A stretch of 37,032 nucleotides of DNA. Source: a virus. Taxonomy: Duplodnaviria > Heunggongvirae > Uroviricota > Caudoviricetes. Both the position numbers and the translations under genes were made by a program. Below, in pieces: positions 1-9,403 of this stretch (positions are counted from its first letter, which is position 1; each line of letters opens with the position of its first letter). Location: IMG/VR virus record IMGVR_UViG_3300047548_001872. One strand, 5' to 3'. The notes below the pieces were generated by a model. It did not search any database and was not told where the DNA came from. It saw nothing but the letters and a program-made list of their open reading frames with translations.

Positions 1-1
1 T

Positions 2-1234
2 AAGAATGTCAGCTTGTTCTTGTGTGAATAATGCGAAGAATTCCTCCATACTGTCTTCAACTGTCTTCACGGTTTGTGATTGAACAGCATTGTAAGCTAA
101 CCCTATTGGTGCTGGTGTAAATGACACATCTGCATCTGATTCAAAAGTTAGTGATTTCGGGTCTTTTGCCTTGATGCTTCTGAACACATTGTAAGTCTTT
201 TGAACCGACAACATTAAACGAATAGATACAAAGGCTTTGGCTGTGAATCCTTCTTCTTGAATTGCTTTTCTTAATTTTGTTAAATACAAAAAGATAAATG
301 CCCATTTTTGGTTCATGATGTTTTCCCATTCGAATTTTTCATCAACTACCAACTTATAGGTAGAACCTACAAATCGGTCTTGCAAAGACAAGTCTTGTTT
401 AAAGTTTGCCTCGTACTCAGTATCTTTAGTGTTCAATAAGCTATTACCCGTGGCAATGATAAAACACTCTCCTCTACTAATGATGTCGCCTTTTGCATTT
501 TGAATTGTTTTTGGCGTTCCATCATCCTCGAATTCTCCAATAGTGGCTAAAACAGAGTTTAAAATACCTGCCGTGTTTGGGTCAAGTTTTGGCAACTCAT
601 CCAACAACAAAATACAACCTTTTCCCATAGGCGTTCCATCAGCATTAAGATTTCCATATGCACGGATAACCTTACCTTCTTGATAACCATCAATAGTTTG
701 CCCTCCAATCAACTCTAATGCTGAAGTAAATTGGTTGCAATTAACGGTGATTACATTCCAACCCAAGAAAGACTTGAGTGTGTTTGTTGCGATGTACGTT
801 TTTCCAGTACCTGCTCCTCCATACAAATAGACGTTATTTCTCGCCAACAAATCACTTAAAATCTTTTGAACGATAGGTCTTGTTACAGATGGGCTTAAAG
901 TTGTTTTTACCGTCTTTGTTGTAGCCCCTTGCTTTATGGTTAGACTAATTGAAGCAGGTTGATTTGACAACATTTGCTTAATTGATTCATCTAAGTTTTC
1001 AAACTTGATTTTCTCGGTCTCTAACTCTTCACGAATGATTCTTTTGAGTTCTTTTTCGTCAAGATTCATTCCTTGATTTCTATTGGCAAGCAATTGCGAA
1101 AGCTGTATCATTTTTTGAGCAACAACATCACCCTGAAACTCCTCTTGCATTTTTTGTTTTGCAAGCTGCTTAATTAATGGATTACCTGTATTTTCAGCAA
1201 TATCCATCAAATCTTTTTTTGTTACGTTTTCCAT
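2..1234 (-). CDS. AAA+ ATPase, MoxR/CobS/AAA_5-like (3' end runs off the window)
   Basis: Not in the ORF track; translated by hand. ATG at 1234 overlaps the upstream stop (TAATG) and the frame is open to the edge. Walker A YGGAGTGKT, Walker B ILLLDE, sensor-like IIATGN, arginine-finger-like LQDRF. Confidence 0.85.
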   Translation of the reverse strand, partial: MENVTKKDLMDIAENTGNPLIKQLAKQKMQEEFQGDVVAQKMIQLSQLLANRNQGMNLDEKELKRIIREELETEKIKFENLDESIKQMLSNQPASISLTIKQGATTKTVKTTLSPSVTRPIVQKILSDLLARNNVYLYGGAGTGKTYIATNTLKSFLGWNVITVNCNQFTSALELIGGQTIDGYQEGKVIRAYGNLNADGTPMGKGCILLLDELPKLDPNTAGILNSVLATIGEFEDDGTPKTIQNAKGDIISRGECFIIATGNSLLNTKDTEYEANFKQDLSLQDRFVGSTYKLVVDEKFEWENIMNQKWAFIFLYLTKLRKAIQEEGFTAKAFVSIRLMLSVQKTYNVFRSIKAKDPKSLTFESDADVSFTPAPIGLAYNAVQSQTVKTVEDSMEEFFALFTQEQADIL

Positions 1235-2148
1235 TATTTAAAAATTTCGTTTAGAACATTGTTTATTCTGGTTTGATTATCAGTTGAAAATAGGTTAGTA
1301 TTCCCAATAGCACTTTTTGCCAAGCTCATTGTTTTGAAAGTTTGCTTGATTCGGTCTTTAGGCAAAGAAAAGAAATTTTCTATGACTTGCATATCATTTT
1401 CGGCTTGAATTGTTTCACCCGACTTACCTTGTGAGAATGCTTCATTTGCTTTTCGTAAAATTTCCTCAAAATCAACTTCGTCATCGGCTGTACCTCCGAA
1501 ATCGCCTTCGCCTTCGCCTTTGCCCTGACCTTCGCCCTGACCTTCGCCTTCGCCTTGACCTTCACCTTCGCTTTCGCCTTGACCTTCGCCCTGACCTTCG
1601 CCCTGACCTTCGCCTTCGCCTTGACCTTGACCTTCGCCTTCGCCTTGACCTTGACCTTCACCCTGACCTTCGCCTTCACCTTGACCATTTTCGTTTTGAA
1701 ATGGGTCTTCAATGTTTTTAGGAACTTCTTGTTCTTCTTGGTCTTGAGGATTGTCCGACTCAGGCATTTGTGGCATATTTGGACTTGGGTAATTCACTCT
1801 CAAAATGATTATTGCATCTTCGTTCAAATCGTATTCCGAGAACGAACTTGGTAATTGGTCTTTTCTTGATGGAGTTGGCTCAAATGTATATGGAGAAACC
1901 AATTCCAAGTCTTTACCTTCCCAACTTTGACCATTACTTAAAACATATATCAAACCTGTTGGATTTTCAGGTCGCATTGCTCCATTCTGAGCAAATGGTT
2001 TTGTTAGAGAAGTGTCAATTTTGACAATTTTATGAGTTTTTTCAGTATCGAAATTGTTAAAGTCAACTCTAATTTTAACTTTATCTCCTACTTTATACAC
2101 GGCATCCCATACGCTTGGGTCTGTCGATGGAATTCTAATATTATCCAT
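1234..2148 (-). CDS. Hypothetical protein with KOW/SH3-like N-terminus and acidic Gly-Gln-Glu linker
   Basis: 304-aa ORF coupled to both neighbours; YKVGDKVKIR motif; long (GQGEGE)n tract. Confidence 0.7.
   Translation of the reverse strand: MDNIRIPSTDPSVWDAVYKVGDKVKIRVDFNNFDTEKTHKIVKIDTSLTKPFAQNGAMRPENPTGLIYVLSNGQSWEGKDLELVSPYTFEPTPSRKDQLPSSFSEYDLNEDAIIILRVNYPSPNMPQMPESDNPQDQEEQEVPKNIEDPFQNENGQGEGEGQGEGQGQGEGEGQGQGEGEGQGEGQGEGQGESEGEGQGEGEGQGEGQGKGEGEGDFGGTADDEVDFEEILRKANEAFSQGKSGETIQAENDMQVIENFFSLPKDRIKQTFKTMSLAKSAIGNTNLFSTDNQTRINNVLNEIFK
1504..1686 (-). repeat. Low-complexity coding tandem repeat encoding (GQGEGE)n
   Basis: Recurring ccttcg/ccttga/ccctga 6-nt units on the + strand. Confidence 0.9.
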
Positions 2149-2836
2149 TTTTGTTTTGTTTTAAAATTCTTAAAGCGTCTTCCTTGCTAATATTTTTTGT
2201 TTCAATTTTTGAACCATAGATGTCAGTAACCAGACCGTAATTTCCGTTTACACGAACTACATCACCGATTGCTGGTTTTTGATGCAAAACACCACCTTTT
2301 TTAAACTGTGTGGGATTTTCTTCAACCGCATCAATGTCCGCTCTTGCTATTGATATTTGAGCATTTTGCTTCGCTCTTAGCAATGATAAAGCCTCTTCTT
2401 TGGTTAAGTTTCGTGTAATTACTTTACTCCCGACTACATCCGTTACAATACCATAATTTTTGCCAACACGGATGACATCATTTACTTCAGGCGGAACGAC
2501 AACCTGTTTGGCAGGCGTTTGATTGTTTGGAGCTTGTGCTTGAGGTGGTTTTTCATTGAGCGATTTAAAGATGTTATCTTCAAAAAAATCAATTGCCATT
2601 TCAAAAGTCTCTTTTAAGTTCTTGCCTAATTTTTTAGGCAAAAACTCTTTGTAAATTGTGTAGACTCCATCGACTTCTTTGAAAACCTTGTATGGATGTT
2701 CCTCCTTAACGTCCAAAGGGTTGAATTTAACCTCAATATTCATTCCACTTGATTCGTGGGTAAGCCTATAAATCACCTCTCTTTCGGAGATGATAATTGG
2801 GTCTTGTCTTAGTTTTCCTTTTTTATAAACGAACAT
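2141..2836 (-). CDS. Hypothetical protein with duplicated ~40-aa KOW-like C-terminal domain
   Basis: PEVNDVIRVGKNYGIVTDVVGSK..TKEEALSLLR and PAIGDVVRVNGNYGLVTDIYGSK..SKEDALRILK, separated by an FKKGG motif. Confidence 0.7.
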   Translation of the reverse strand: MFVYKKGKLRQDPIIISEREVIYRLTHESSGMNIEVKFNPLDVKEEHPYKVFKEVDGVYTIYKEFLPKKLGKNLKETFEMAIDFFEDNIFKSLNEKPPQAQAPNNQTPAKQVVVPPEVNDVIRVGKNYGIVTDVVGSKVITRNLTKEEALSLLRAKQNAQISIARADIDAVEENPTQFKKGGVLHQKPAIGDVVRVNGNYGLVTDIYGSKIETKNISKEDALRILKQNKNG

Positions 2837-5800
2837 ATCCTCCTTTATTAAATCTTATGTCTTTGAAGAAATCAAAATAGAAACTCTTCAGAACCGTTGC
2901 ACTCTTAACTTGGCTTGGGAAGAACGTCAAATATTCTTCTTCTTGGATGAATTTGCTTCTATCCGAAACCACATTACCATCACTATCAAAGGTAGGAATG
3001 TCACCGATTTGAATTAAAGCATCGTAGCCATATTCTTTTATTGTTTCCAATAAAGAAATATCATTTCTAACATAAACCCAAACTGGGTGCTGCCCAGTCA
3101 TATTGTTGTTGATTCTATTCAATACATTTGCGCTTGGCAGTTTTTTAATACCGTACACAACCAACAAGTAATCCAATAAGTCTTGGTAGCTTGCCTCAAA
3201 CCCCAAAGGTATTAAACTTAATGGGTTTTTAGCCGACAAAAACACTTTGTATATGAATGGCTCATAGTCATCCGAAGGTTTTGGCATATTTGGAGCAATT
3301 CCCCCGTAAAACTTAGCATAATCCTCATTGTCTGAAAAGTATGAAGCAGGGAAAGCCGTAGGTGGCTCAAACGAGCCATATGGTCTTACAACTCCTTGAC
3401 CCATGTTCGAAAAGTTTCCGAAATTAGGAACATACTTTCTTACACCATGAAAAAATATTTTTGGTTCTTTAGTCTCTTCATCAATCATTTTTGAACAATT
3501 GAAATAGTTCCCAGTTTCATAAGCCATTTCCCAATCGCCAAACCAATTTTTAAATTGTTTGGTTCTAATGTTGAAGTATGCACTTAAAGGTAGTTTGCTT
3601 TCCTTTCCGTTAGGCGTTGGAAGTTTACAAGCATCTTCAAGTTTTGCCGTAGGATTTTGAGTTGTTTGGTCAAAATAATACTTCAACATACCTTGTGGAG
3701 TAAACAATGAATCAGATGTCGCCATTAGTTGATTGGTGAAAATGAATCCATCGTTTGTTATTTTTTCATGCAACCTTTTCATTTCCTTTAAAATCATCGC
3801 CTTCTCTTTAGCAAATCTTGCTTCTTGAAACGATGGCAAGAGTCTTTTCAAATCCTCAAGGTCAATTTTGTCTTTTGTCAAATCAGCCTCTAATTTTTCA
3901 AAATCTCTTGTGTAAAGTTTTCTTTCATCCGCAAGATACTTATTCAATGATTCGTTTAGCTTTTTCTTCATAAAAGAAGTGAACTCTTTCTGAAATGCTA
4001 AAAAATCAAATAGTAATTTACTTGATGCTTCGTCTTTTGGATACAATCCCCCATCTCTTTCAGAAAATTGAAACATCTTATTAGTTTGCTCATCAATAAA
4101 ATGAACAAACACTGTGGCATCACTTTCAATGTTTGCTGGATAAACGGTCAATGATTTTGAATCAACGAAATCTTTTATTTGCATAAGCATTTTAAGTCTT
4201 GATTCGGTTAAATCATCATTTTTACTACTCGTTGATACAACACCAAATTGGTCTACATTAATTCCTAATTCAGAAGGAAGAATTTGTTTTTCACTAAGTC
4301 CATAAAAACCACTTAATGTGTTGTCAAATTGAGCAAAATCTTTACTGTAAATCCCTATAATTTCCCCATTTGTAAATGATTCTTTCGAATATCTTGGGTC
4401 AATATAAAGACCTAAAGCGTTTAATTTTTCCTGAACCGACTTTGACAATTCAGGATTAAATCCAATCCATATCTTTGTGCCTACCAAATCCTCTTTTGTC
4501 AAGATTTTAGTCGGAGCAGTTAGTTGTGGTTGTGCTTGTGCTTGCGTTTGCGCTGACCCACCAAGGTTATTTACATCAATTCCTAATTGTTTTGGAAAAA
4601 TCTCCTTCCCAGAAATAATATCAAATCCTGACTTTGAGGTTGAAGGGTTAAAGAATATTTCATTTTTAGTAAATACTAAAATTTGTCTCTCAACATGACT
4701 AATAGTTTTTCCTCCTAATGCCCAAGCCCATCCCAACTCGAATGCTTTTTCTTGAACCGCTTTAGAAAGCTCAGGGTTATCGCCAATCCATATTTTTGTA
4801 TCGGTCAAATCAGTTATTAATCCCCTTGCCTGAGATGCACCTACATTTTTAGATTGATTTGAACCAATACCTAAAATAGAATCCACATCAATACCTAAAT
4901 CAATGGGTTTAATTTCTTTATTAAGGTCGTTGTTAAATTCTGAAATTTGTAAAACTAAAATACTGTTGTTAAGTATTTTTAACGCCTGAACATCATCATC
5001 ATTCAAATATTTAGGCTCTTTATCTCCACTTGCCCAATAGAAACCCTTGTCGAACAAATTTCTTTGAACGGCTGCTTTCAATTTAGGGTTACTACCCATA
5101 AATATCTTAGAGTTTTTTATTTCCTCTCTTGTCAACGTCCTAATTGGAACATTTGTTGGGGTTGTGTTTGTAGAAGAACCCGTAGAGGATGCAGAAGCAC
5201 CGCTATTACTAATCACATCAATACCCAAATCTGAAGGGAATATTTCTGTGCCACTAAGTTGATAAAAAGCTAATTTATCCCCATCAAGTCGTGTAAAATC
5301 TCTGGTATAAACTTTAATTATTTCTCCATTAATAAACGAAGAAGAAGAAGCACTTGAATCTAAAGGGAAGCCTAAAGAGGTTAGTGTTGTTCTGACAGCC
5401 AAAGACAAATCAGGGTCATCACCAATCCATATTTTAGAATTCTTAATTTCTTCAGGTGTTAATGTTTTTTTATTTGACGAAGGTTGTGCAGCTACAGAAT
5501 TGTTTTTTTCAAAAAAATTAGTAAAATCCAATTTGTCAAACCAAATTTGACAAACTTCTTTTAAATTATCAATGCTATAATTACTTGGAACAAAACCTTC
5601 TCTTCCTATAGAAACTGTTCGTTCTTTTGAATAAATTCTACCCGTATCATCAGTTACTTCAGCAATAATTTTTACATCTATAACCCCTGATTTTGGTTGC
5701 ATTCTTTCAAATGAATCAATATCTTTTAAATGCTCTAAAAGTCGTTCACCATTTCTTGAAAAGCGTTTTTGAAAAGAATTGTTAAAATTAAATTCAAGCC

Positions 5801-7340
5801 TCACCACATCTACCATAACACTTTTGTGTTGAGTAGAAATAGTTCTCGAATTCAACCAATCATTCCAATCGTATTTTTTGAATAAGAATGGACTGCTGTT
5901 CAATAAACTTTTTTCAAGATTTAAATAAGTTCCAGTAAATGGATTGTAATTTTTAACAGTGTTTTTTTGGTCTGAAATGTTTGTAAAAACCCTAACTAAA
6001 AAGGTATCATTACCATCATAAGCGTCCAAATAAATCCAGCTTCTAACTTTTTTCCCAATATTTTCGTAAGCATATTTAATGCTTTCGGCAAACTCAATAT
6101 AAGAGGTATATAAATTTCCTTTTATGCCTGCTAATGAAGCACCTGTCTCGAAAACTTTAACATAAGCAACTTTAGTTAATCCGACACTACCGCCATCGTC
6201 AAAGGCTTTTTCTGCTTCACCAAGCAAATCATCAATAGAACTTTCCCCGAAATCTTTTTTTGAAGACACCAAAACTAAGTCTTTCTTTTCAATAAGTTGT
6301 TTCAAAGTAGTTTTAGAAATAGAGACAATAGCCTTTTCTTCTTGATTTTTTAAATTAAAAATCTTATAGTCTTCATCTCCGTTTGAATCTAATTTTGACA
6401 AAGTTAATTTTGTGCCATTAGGGAAAAAATTTGTGGCATCATCGGCTATATCGTAAAGCAGTAAGCCTTTATACTTACCCTCGTTGTTAATAACAAATAC
6501 TTCGCCAACTTTCAGGTTTTCAACAGAACCACCATCTTCAAAAGCCAAACCGCTATCTCCTCCTACAACACCATCTGCTCCTAAATCAAGCACATCATTG
6601 TAATTATTCAAATCACGGGCAGGCGTGTTTCCATCTTTTGCATCCTTAACTAAATCTTGTTTTTTTGTTTCACCACCATTCTCTAATCCAACTTTGTTTA
6701 AAATTGTATAGTAGTCTGGGTTTTCAACTAAGTGGTCTTTAACTATTTGCATTTGCTCCAAGTAGTTACTTGTATGCTCGCTTTCCACCTTCAATCCCAT
6801 TTCAACTTGCTCATTTATATGCGCTAATGAAACATTGTGCATTTTAGCTATGTCAGACAAAGATTTACCTCTTGATTTACCATCTTCAAAATCATCGTGA
6901 GAACAACCGCATTTGCTAATTTCTTGCATAATCTCATAGTCGGTCATGGTCTTGCCTCCAAAGTTGTAAGAACTGCCTCTATAAGACATTTCGCTTGGAA
7001 TATCTCCTCCTTGCTCGAAGGAAACACCGCCACCATCTGAATTGATTTTAGAGAGGATTTCACGGTTGGTCATCATCTTACCTTCAAATTCTCTTAATTT
7101 AGGGTCGTTAACAGCAGGAGCAGTTATAATTACCTCCGACCCTTGCACCTCCAATGGTTGACCTGTGGACTTATTAATCATCTTAATACCTCCATCTCGG
7201 TGAAGCCTGCCTACAAAATATCCTCCAAGAGATGCGTCGCTATATATCATAGTTTGACCCTCTCTTTTTCCTACAACAACACCACCTGCTGGAGTATTTT
7301 CAGCATCTTTTTGCGTTAATTTTATTTTGCCTTTTTGCAT
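2823..7340 (-). CDS. Large polyvalent protein: N-terminal GxxHxxGG module, DUF5661-like domain, four internal repeats, C-terminal ART-PolyVal-like ADP-ribosyltransferase
   Basis: 1505 aa. GRLHRDGGI..EVQGSEVII; GLKVESEH..DHLVENPDYY (~6690-6870); repeats at ~4253-5470; TPNGKESKL..IRTKQFKNWFGDWE..SKMIDEETKEPKIFFHG..YFS..LSAKNP..GYDALI..EEEYLTFFPSQVKSAT (~2870-3630). Confidence 0.8.
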   Translation of the reverse strand: MQKGKIKLTQKDAENTPAGGVVVGKREGQTMIYSDASLGGYFVGRLHRDGGIKMINKSTGQPLEVQGSEVIITAPAVNDPKLREFEGKMMTNREILSKINSDGGGVSFEQGGDIPSEMSYRGSSYNFGGKTMTDYEIMQEISKCGCSHDDFEDGKSRGKSLSDIAKMHNVSLAHINEQVEMGLKVESEHTSNYLEQMQIVKDHLVENPDYYTILNKVGLENGGETKKQDLVKDAKDGNTPARDLNNYNDVLDLGADGVVGGDSGLAFEDGGSVENLKVGEVFVINNEGKYKGLLLYDIADDATNFFPNGTKLTLSKLDSNGDEDYKIFNLKNQEEKAIVSISKTTLKQLIEKKDLVLVSSKKDFGESSIDDLLGEAEKAFDDGGSVGLTKVAYVKVFETGASLAGIKGNLYTSYIEFAESIKYAYENIGKKVRSWIYLDAYDGNDTFLVRVFTNISDQKNTVKNYNPFTGTYLNLEKSLLNSSPFLFKKYDWNDWLNSRTISTQHKSVMVDVVRLEFNFNNSFQKRFSRNGERLLEHLKDIDSFERMQPKSGVIDVKIIAEVTDDTGRIYSKERTVSIGREGFVPSNYSIDNLKEVCQIWFDKLDFTNFFEKNNSVAAQPSSNKKTLTPEEIKNSKIWIGDDPDLSLAVRTTLTSLGFPLDSSASSSSFINGEIIKVYTRDFTRLDGDKLAFYQLSGTEIFPSDLGIDVISNSGASASSTGSSTNTTPTNVPIRTLTREEIKNSKIFMGSNPKLKAAVQRNLFDKGFYWASGDKEPKYLNDDDVQALKILNNSILVLQISEFNNDLNKEIKPIDLGIDVDSILGIGSNQSKNVGASQARGLITDLTDTKIWIGDNPELSKAVQEKAFELGWAWALGGKTISHVERQILVFTKNEIFFNPSTSKSGFDIISGKEIFPKQLGIDVNNLGGSAQTQAQAQPQLTAPTKILTKEDLVGTKIWIGFNPELSKSVQEKLNALGLYIDPRYSKESFTNGEIIGIYSKDFAQFDNTLSGFYGLSEKQILPSELGINVDQFGVVSTSSKNDDLTESRLKMLMQIKDFVDSKSLTVYPANIESDATVFVHFIDEQTNKMFQFSERDGGLYPKDEASSKLLFDFLAFQKEFTSFMKKKLNESLNKYLADERKLYTRDFEKLEADLTKDKIDLEDLKRLLPSFQEARFAKEKAMILKEMKRLHEKITNDGFIFTNQLMATSDSLFTPQGMLKYYFDQTTQNPTAKLEDACKLPTPNGKESKLPLSAYFNIRTKQFKNWFGDWEMAYETGNYFNCSKMIDEETKEPKIFFHGVRKYVPNFGNFSNMGQGVVRPYGSFEPPTAFPASYFSDNEDYAKFYGGIAPNMPKPSDDYEPFIYKVFLSAKNPLSLIPLGFEASYQDLLDYLLVVYGIKKLPSANVLNRINNNMTGQHPVWVYVRNDISLLETIKEYGYDALIQIGDIPTFDSDGNVVSDRSKFIQEEEYLTFFPSQVKSATVLKSFYFDFFKDIRFNKGGYVRL

Positions 7341-7353
7341 TATAAATTATTTT

Positions 7354-7893
7354 TTAAACGTGATTCCAAATTTTATTTAACAAAATTAAACTAATTAGTG
7401 TCGAATCAACATTGTATATTTTAGCAATCTCTTTCAATGTTTTTGTTCTACCAATTCTTCTTATTTCTAAAACTTGAATTTCGGTTAGTTTTGACATTCC
7501 GTGTTCAGAACCTTTTTGCGGTATTTTTAAATTATTTTTTAAAGAATGTACAACATTTTCAGATGAAGTTACCCACTCTAAATTGCCTACCCAATTGTCA
7601 TCTTTTATTCCATTTATATGGTTTACTTGTGGTTTATAAAATGGATTATCTATAAATTCAGCAGCCACTAATCTATGTGAAGCAAAAGATTTCTCAACTC
7701 CATTTTTAGATAGTTTGTACTTTAAATAACCATCTTGGTTTTTAAATGGAATCAAAATTCTTTCTTTTTTATTTAGAAAGACCCCCTTTCTGGATTCAAC
7801 TATACGAGCTATAGATTTTATCCTACCAATGTTTGAAACTTGGTAATGACCTTCATATCCCTTAATATCTCTCCATTCCTCAATTCTTTCCAT
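7354..7893 (-). CDS. NUMOD4-HNH homing endonuclease
   Basis: EEWRDIKGYEGHYQVSNIGRIKS (NUMOD4); HRLVA..F..QVNHINGIKDDNWVGNLEWVT..EN (HNH); C-terminal HTH-like tail. Confidence 0.92.
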   Translation of the reverse strand: MERIEEWRDIKGYEGHYQVSNIGRIKSIARIVESRKGVFLNKKERILIPFKNQDGYLKYKLSKNGVEKSFASHRLVAAEFIDNPFYKPQVNHINGIKDDNWVGNLEWVTSSENVVHSLKNNLKIPQKGSEHGMSKLTEIQVLEIRRIGRTKTLKEIAKIYNVDSTLISLILLNKIWNHV

Positions 7894-7948
7894 AATTGTT
7901 TAAACGTAATAAAGAAACAATGTATTACTAATTTATATTTTTATCATA

Positions 7949-8884
7949 TTACCACTTAAACAACAATCTAACATAGTCAGGACAACAAGGCGTTACATCC
8001 CCTCCGTTTTCCATTAATTTTAATTGGTTGATAGGTACGCCTAATTTAGAGTAATTCCTGTTTTTAGGCAGCTTCATACCTCCTCTTTCAATGATTTCGT
8101 ACTTATCGTTTGAACCATCGATAACCATGTACCCATCAATATCTTCCTTGAGTTTATTAAAAGCAGACTTCCCTTTGGCAAAAAAATCATCAATAACTGC
8201 CATTGGCACAAATCGACCACTTTTTTTGTAACGCTCTAAGGCTCTTTGCTTGATAGTTGCTTCAGGAACTTTGTCCATGTAAACAATAAATATTTTATAC
8301 CCCAACTCTTTTAGCAATTTAACCAAAGGCTCATAGCTCTTAACGCTATTCATAGTGCCATCATAAATGATGTCATACTTACAGGGAATGCCAATAACTC
8401 TATCTGACAAAAGCGTATTGACAATATCCTTTGTCTCTAAATGCGTAGAGGTAGCGTTCCAACCCTTGTATTCGGGTAATTTTGCTCTGATTTCGTCGGC
8501 ATCTACTCTTAGAATATCTTCTTCAAGAAGATAAGGAGCATACTTTTTTAAGAAAGTACTTTTGCCACTTGCTGGACTCCCACCCATAAGTATGGCTATT
8601 GGCTTGTCGTTTTCAACGCAAATCAAGTCTTTTTTAAATCCATCGATTATGGTTTGGTGAAATTTAGTTCTTTCAGGGGTGTATTTCCCCGTAGATTCAT
8701 TGAAGTATTTTGATTTAGTTTGAGGAAGATTCTCGGCATAGTCAGTTAAGGCTTTGATTGCCTCATCATCAATTCTTCTCTCTCCATTTTTGTCGTATAT
8801 TTTATCTCGAACTTGCTTTGGTATAGAAGTATCAATAGCACCGCCATTCTCGTAGAACTCGGAATAATTGATTTTGTTTTTCAT
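7949..8884 (-). CDS. Zeta-toxin-family P-loop kinase
   Basis: ILMGGSPASGKST, RVDADEIRAKLPEY, IIYDGTM, GYKIFIVYM, RALERYKKSGRFVP. Confidence 0.85.
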   Translation of the reverse strand: MKNKINYSEFYENGGAIDTSIPKQVRDKIYDKNGERRIDDEAIKALTDYAENLPQTKSKYFNESTGKYTPERTKFHQTIIDGFKKDLICVENDKPIAILMGGSPASGKSTFLKKYAPYLLEEDILRVDADEIRAKLPEYKGWNATSTHLETKDIVNTLLSDRVIGIPCKYDIIYDGTMNSVKSYEPLVKLLKELGYKIFIVYMDKVPEATIKQRALERYKKSGRFVPMAVIDDFFAKGKSAFNKLKEDIDGYMVIDGSNDKYEIIERGGMKLPKNRNYSKLGVPINQLKLMENGGDVTPCCPDYVRLLFKW

Positions 8885-8906
8885 AGGGGTATTTTATTTA
8901 ATTAAA

Positions 8907-8937
8907 CAAATGTACTTTTATTAAATGAAATTTCAAA
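8907..8937 (-). promoter_or_regulatory. Bacteroidota sigma-A-type promoter upstream of the zeta kinase
   Basis: Minus strand TTTG-N19-TACATTTG, about 22 nt before the ATG. Confidence 0.65.
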
Positions 8938-8947
8938 AAATTATTAT

Positions 8948-9328
8948 TTATAATAAGTCATTGTCCTGCGTGTACTTTGGGTTGTTGTTTTTGTTAAGTT
9001 TCTTTAATAAAAAGGCATCCAATCGGGCTAAACCCCAAGCCACTCTTGCATTAGGCTTGCCTCCAGATATAGTCGGTCTATGGGTTTGTGAGTATGCCCC
9101 CATCCCTCTTCTAACTACGGCTTTTGCCGTGTTGATAGAAACTTTTTTGTTAGGGTGACTATCGTTGTGGGTTTTTACTTTATTTGAAATCGCCTTCAAT
9201 GTAGAGTCTGAAAAAGAGATGCTTTTAGCTGCGGAAGATGAACTTGCGCTTTTCGGCTTATTTACCTTACTTCCATAAATTTTGTCTTTTTTAGGAGCAG
9301 GCGTTTTAGATAGTTTTTTCAAAGCCAT
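8948..9328 (-). CDS. Basic hypothetical protein, DUF5824-like phage family
   Basis: KAVVRRGMGAYSQTHRP..AWGLARLDAFL resembles a motif recalled from large-phage proteins; family name uncertain. Confidence 0.55.
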   Translation of the reverse strand: MALKKLSKTPAPKKDKIYGSKVNKPKSASSSSAAKSISFSDSTLKAISNKVKTHNDSHPNKKVSINTAKAVVRRGMGAYSQTHRPTISGGKPNARVAWGLARLDAFLLKKLNKNNNPKYTQDNDLL

Positions 9329-9403
9329 AACTTTTTTTTGGTAAATTTAGAAAATTATTGTTTACTTTTGTTTTCTAACATATTAAAACTAAAATTTTTA
9401 GCT

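Noticed and set aside
1380-1854. ORFs 1380-1712, 1410-1721 and 1555-1854
   Set aside because: Alternative-frame shadows of the GQGEGE coding repeat (KVKAKA, LRLDL, TFAFAL patterns).
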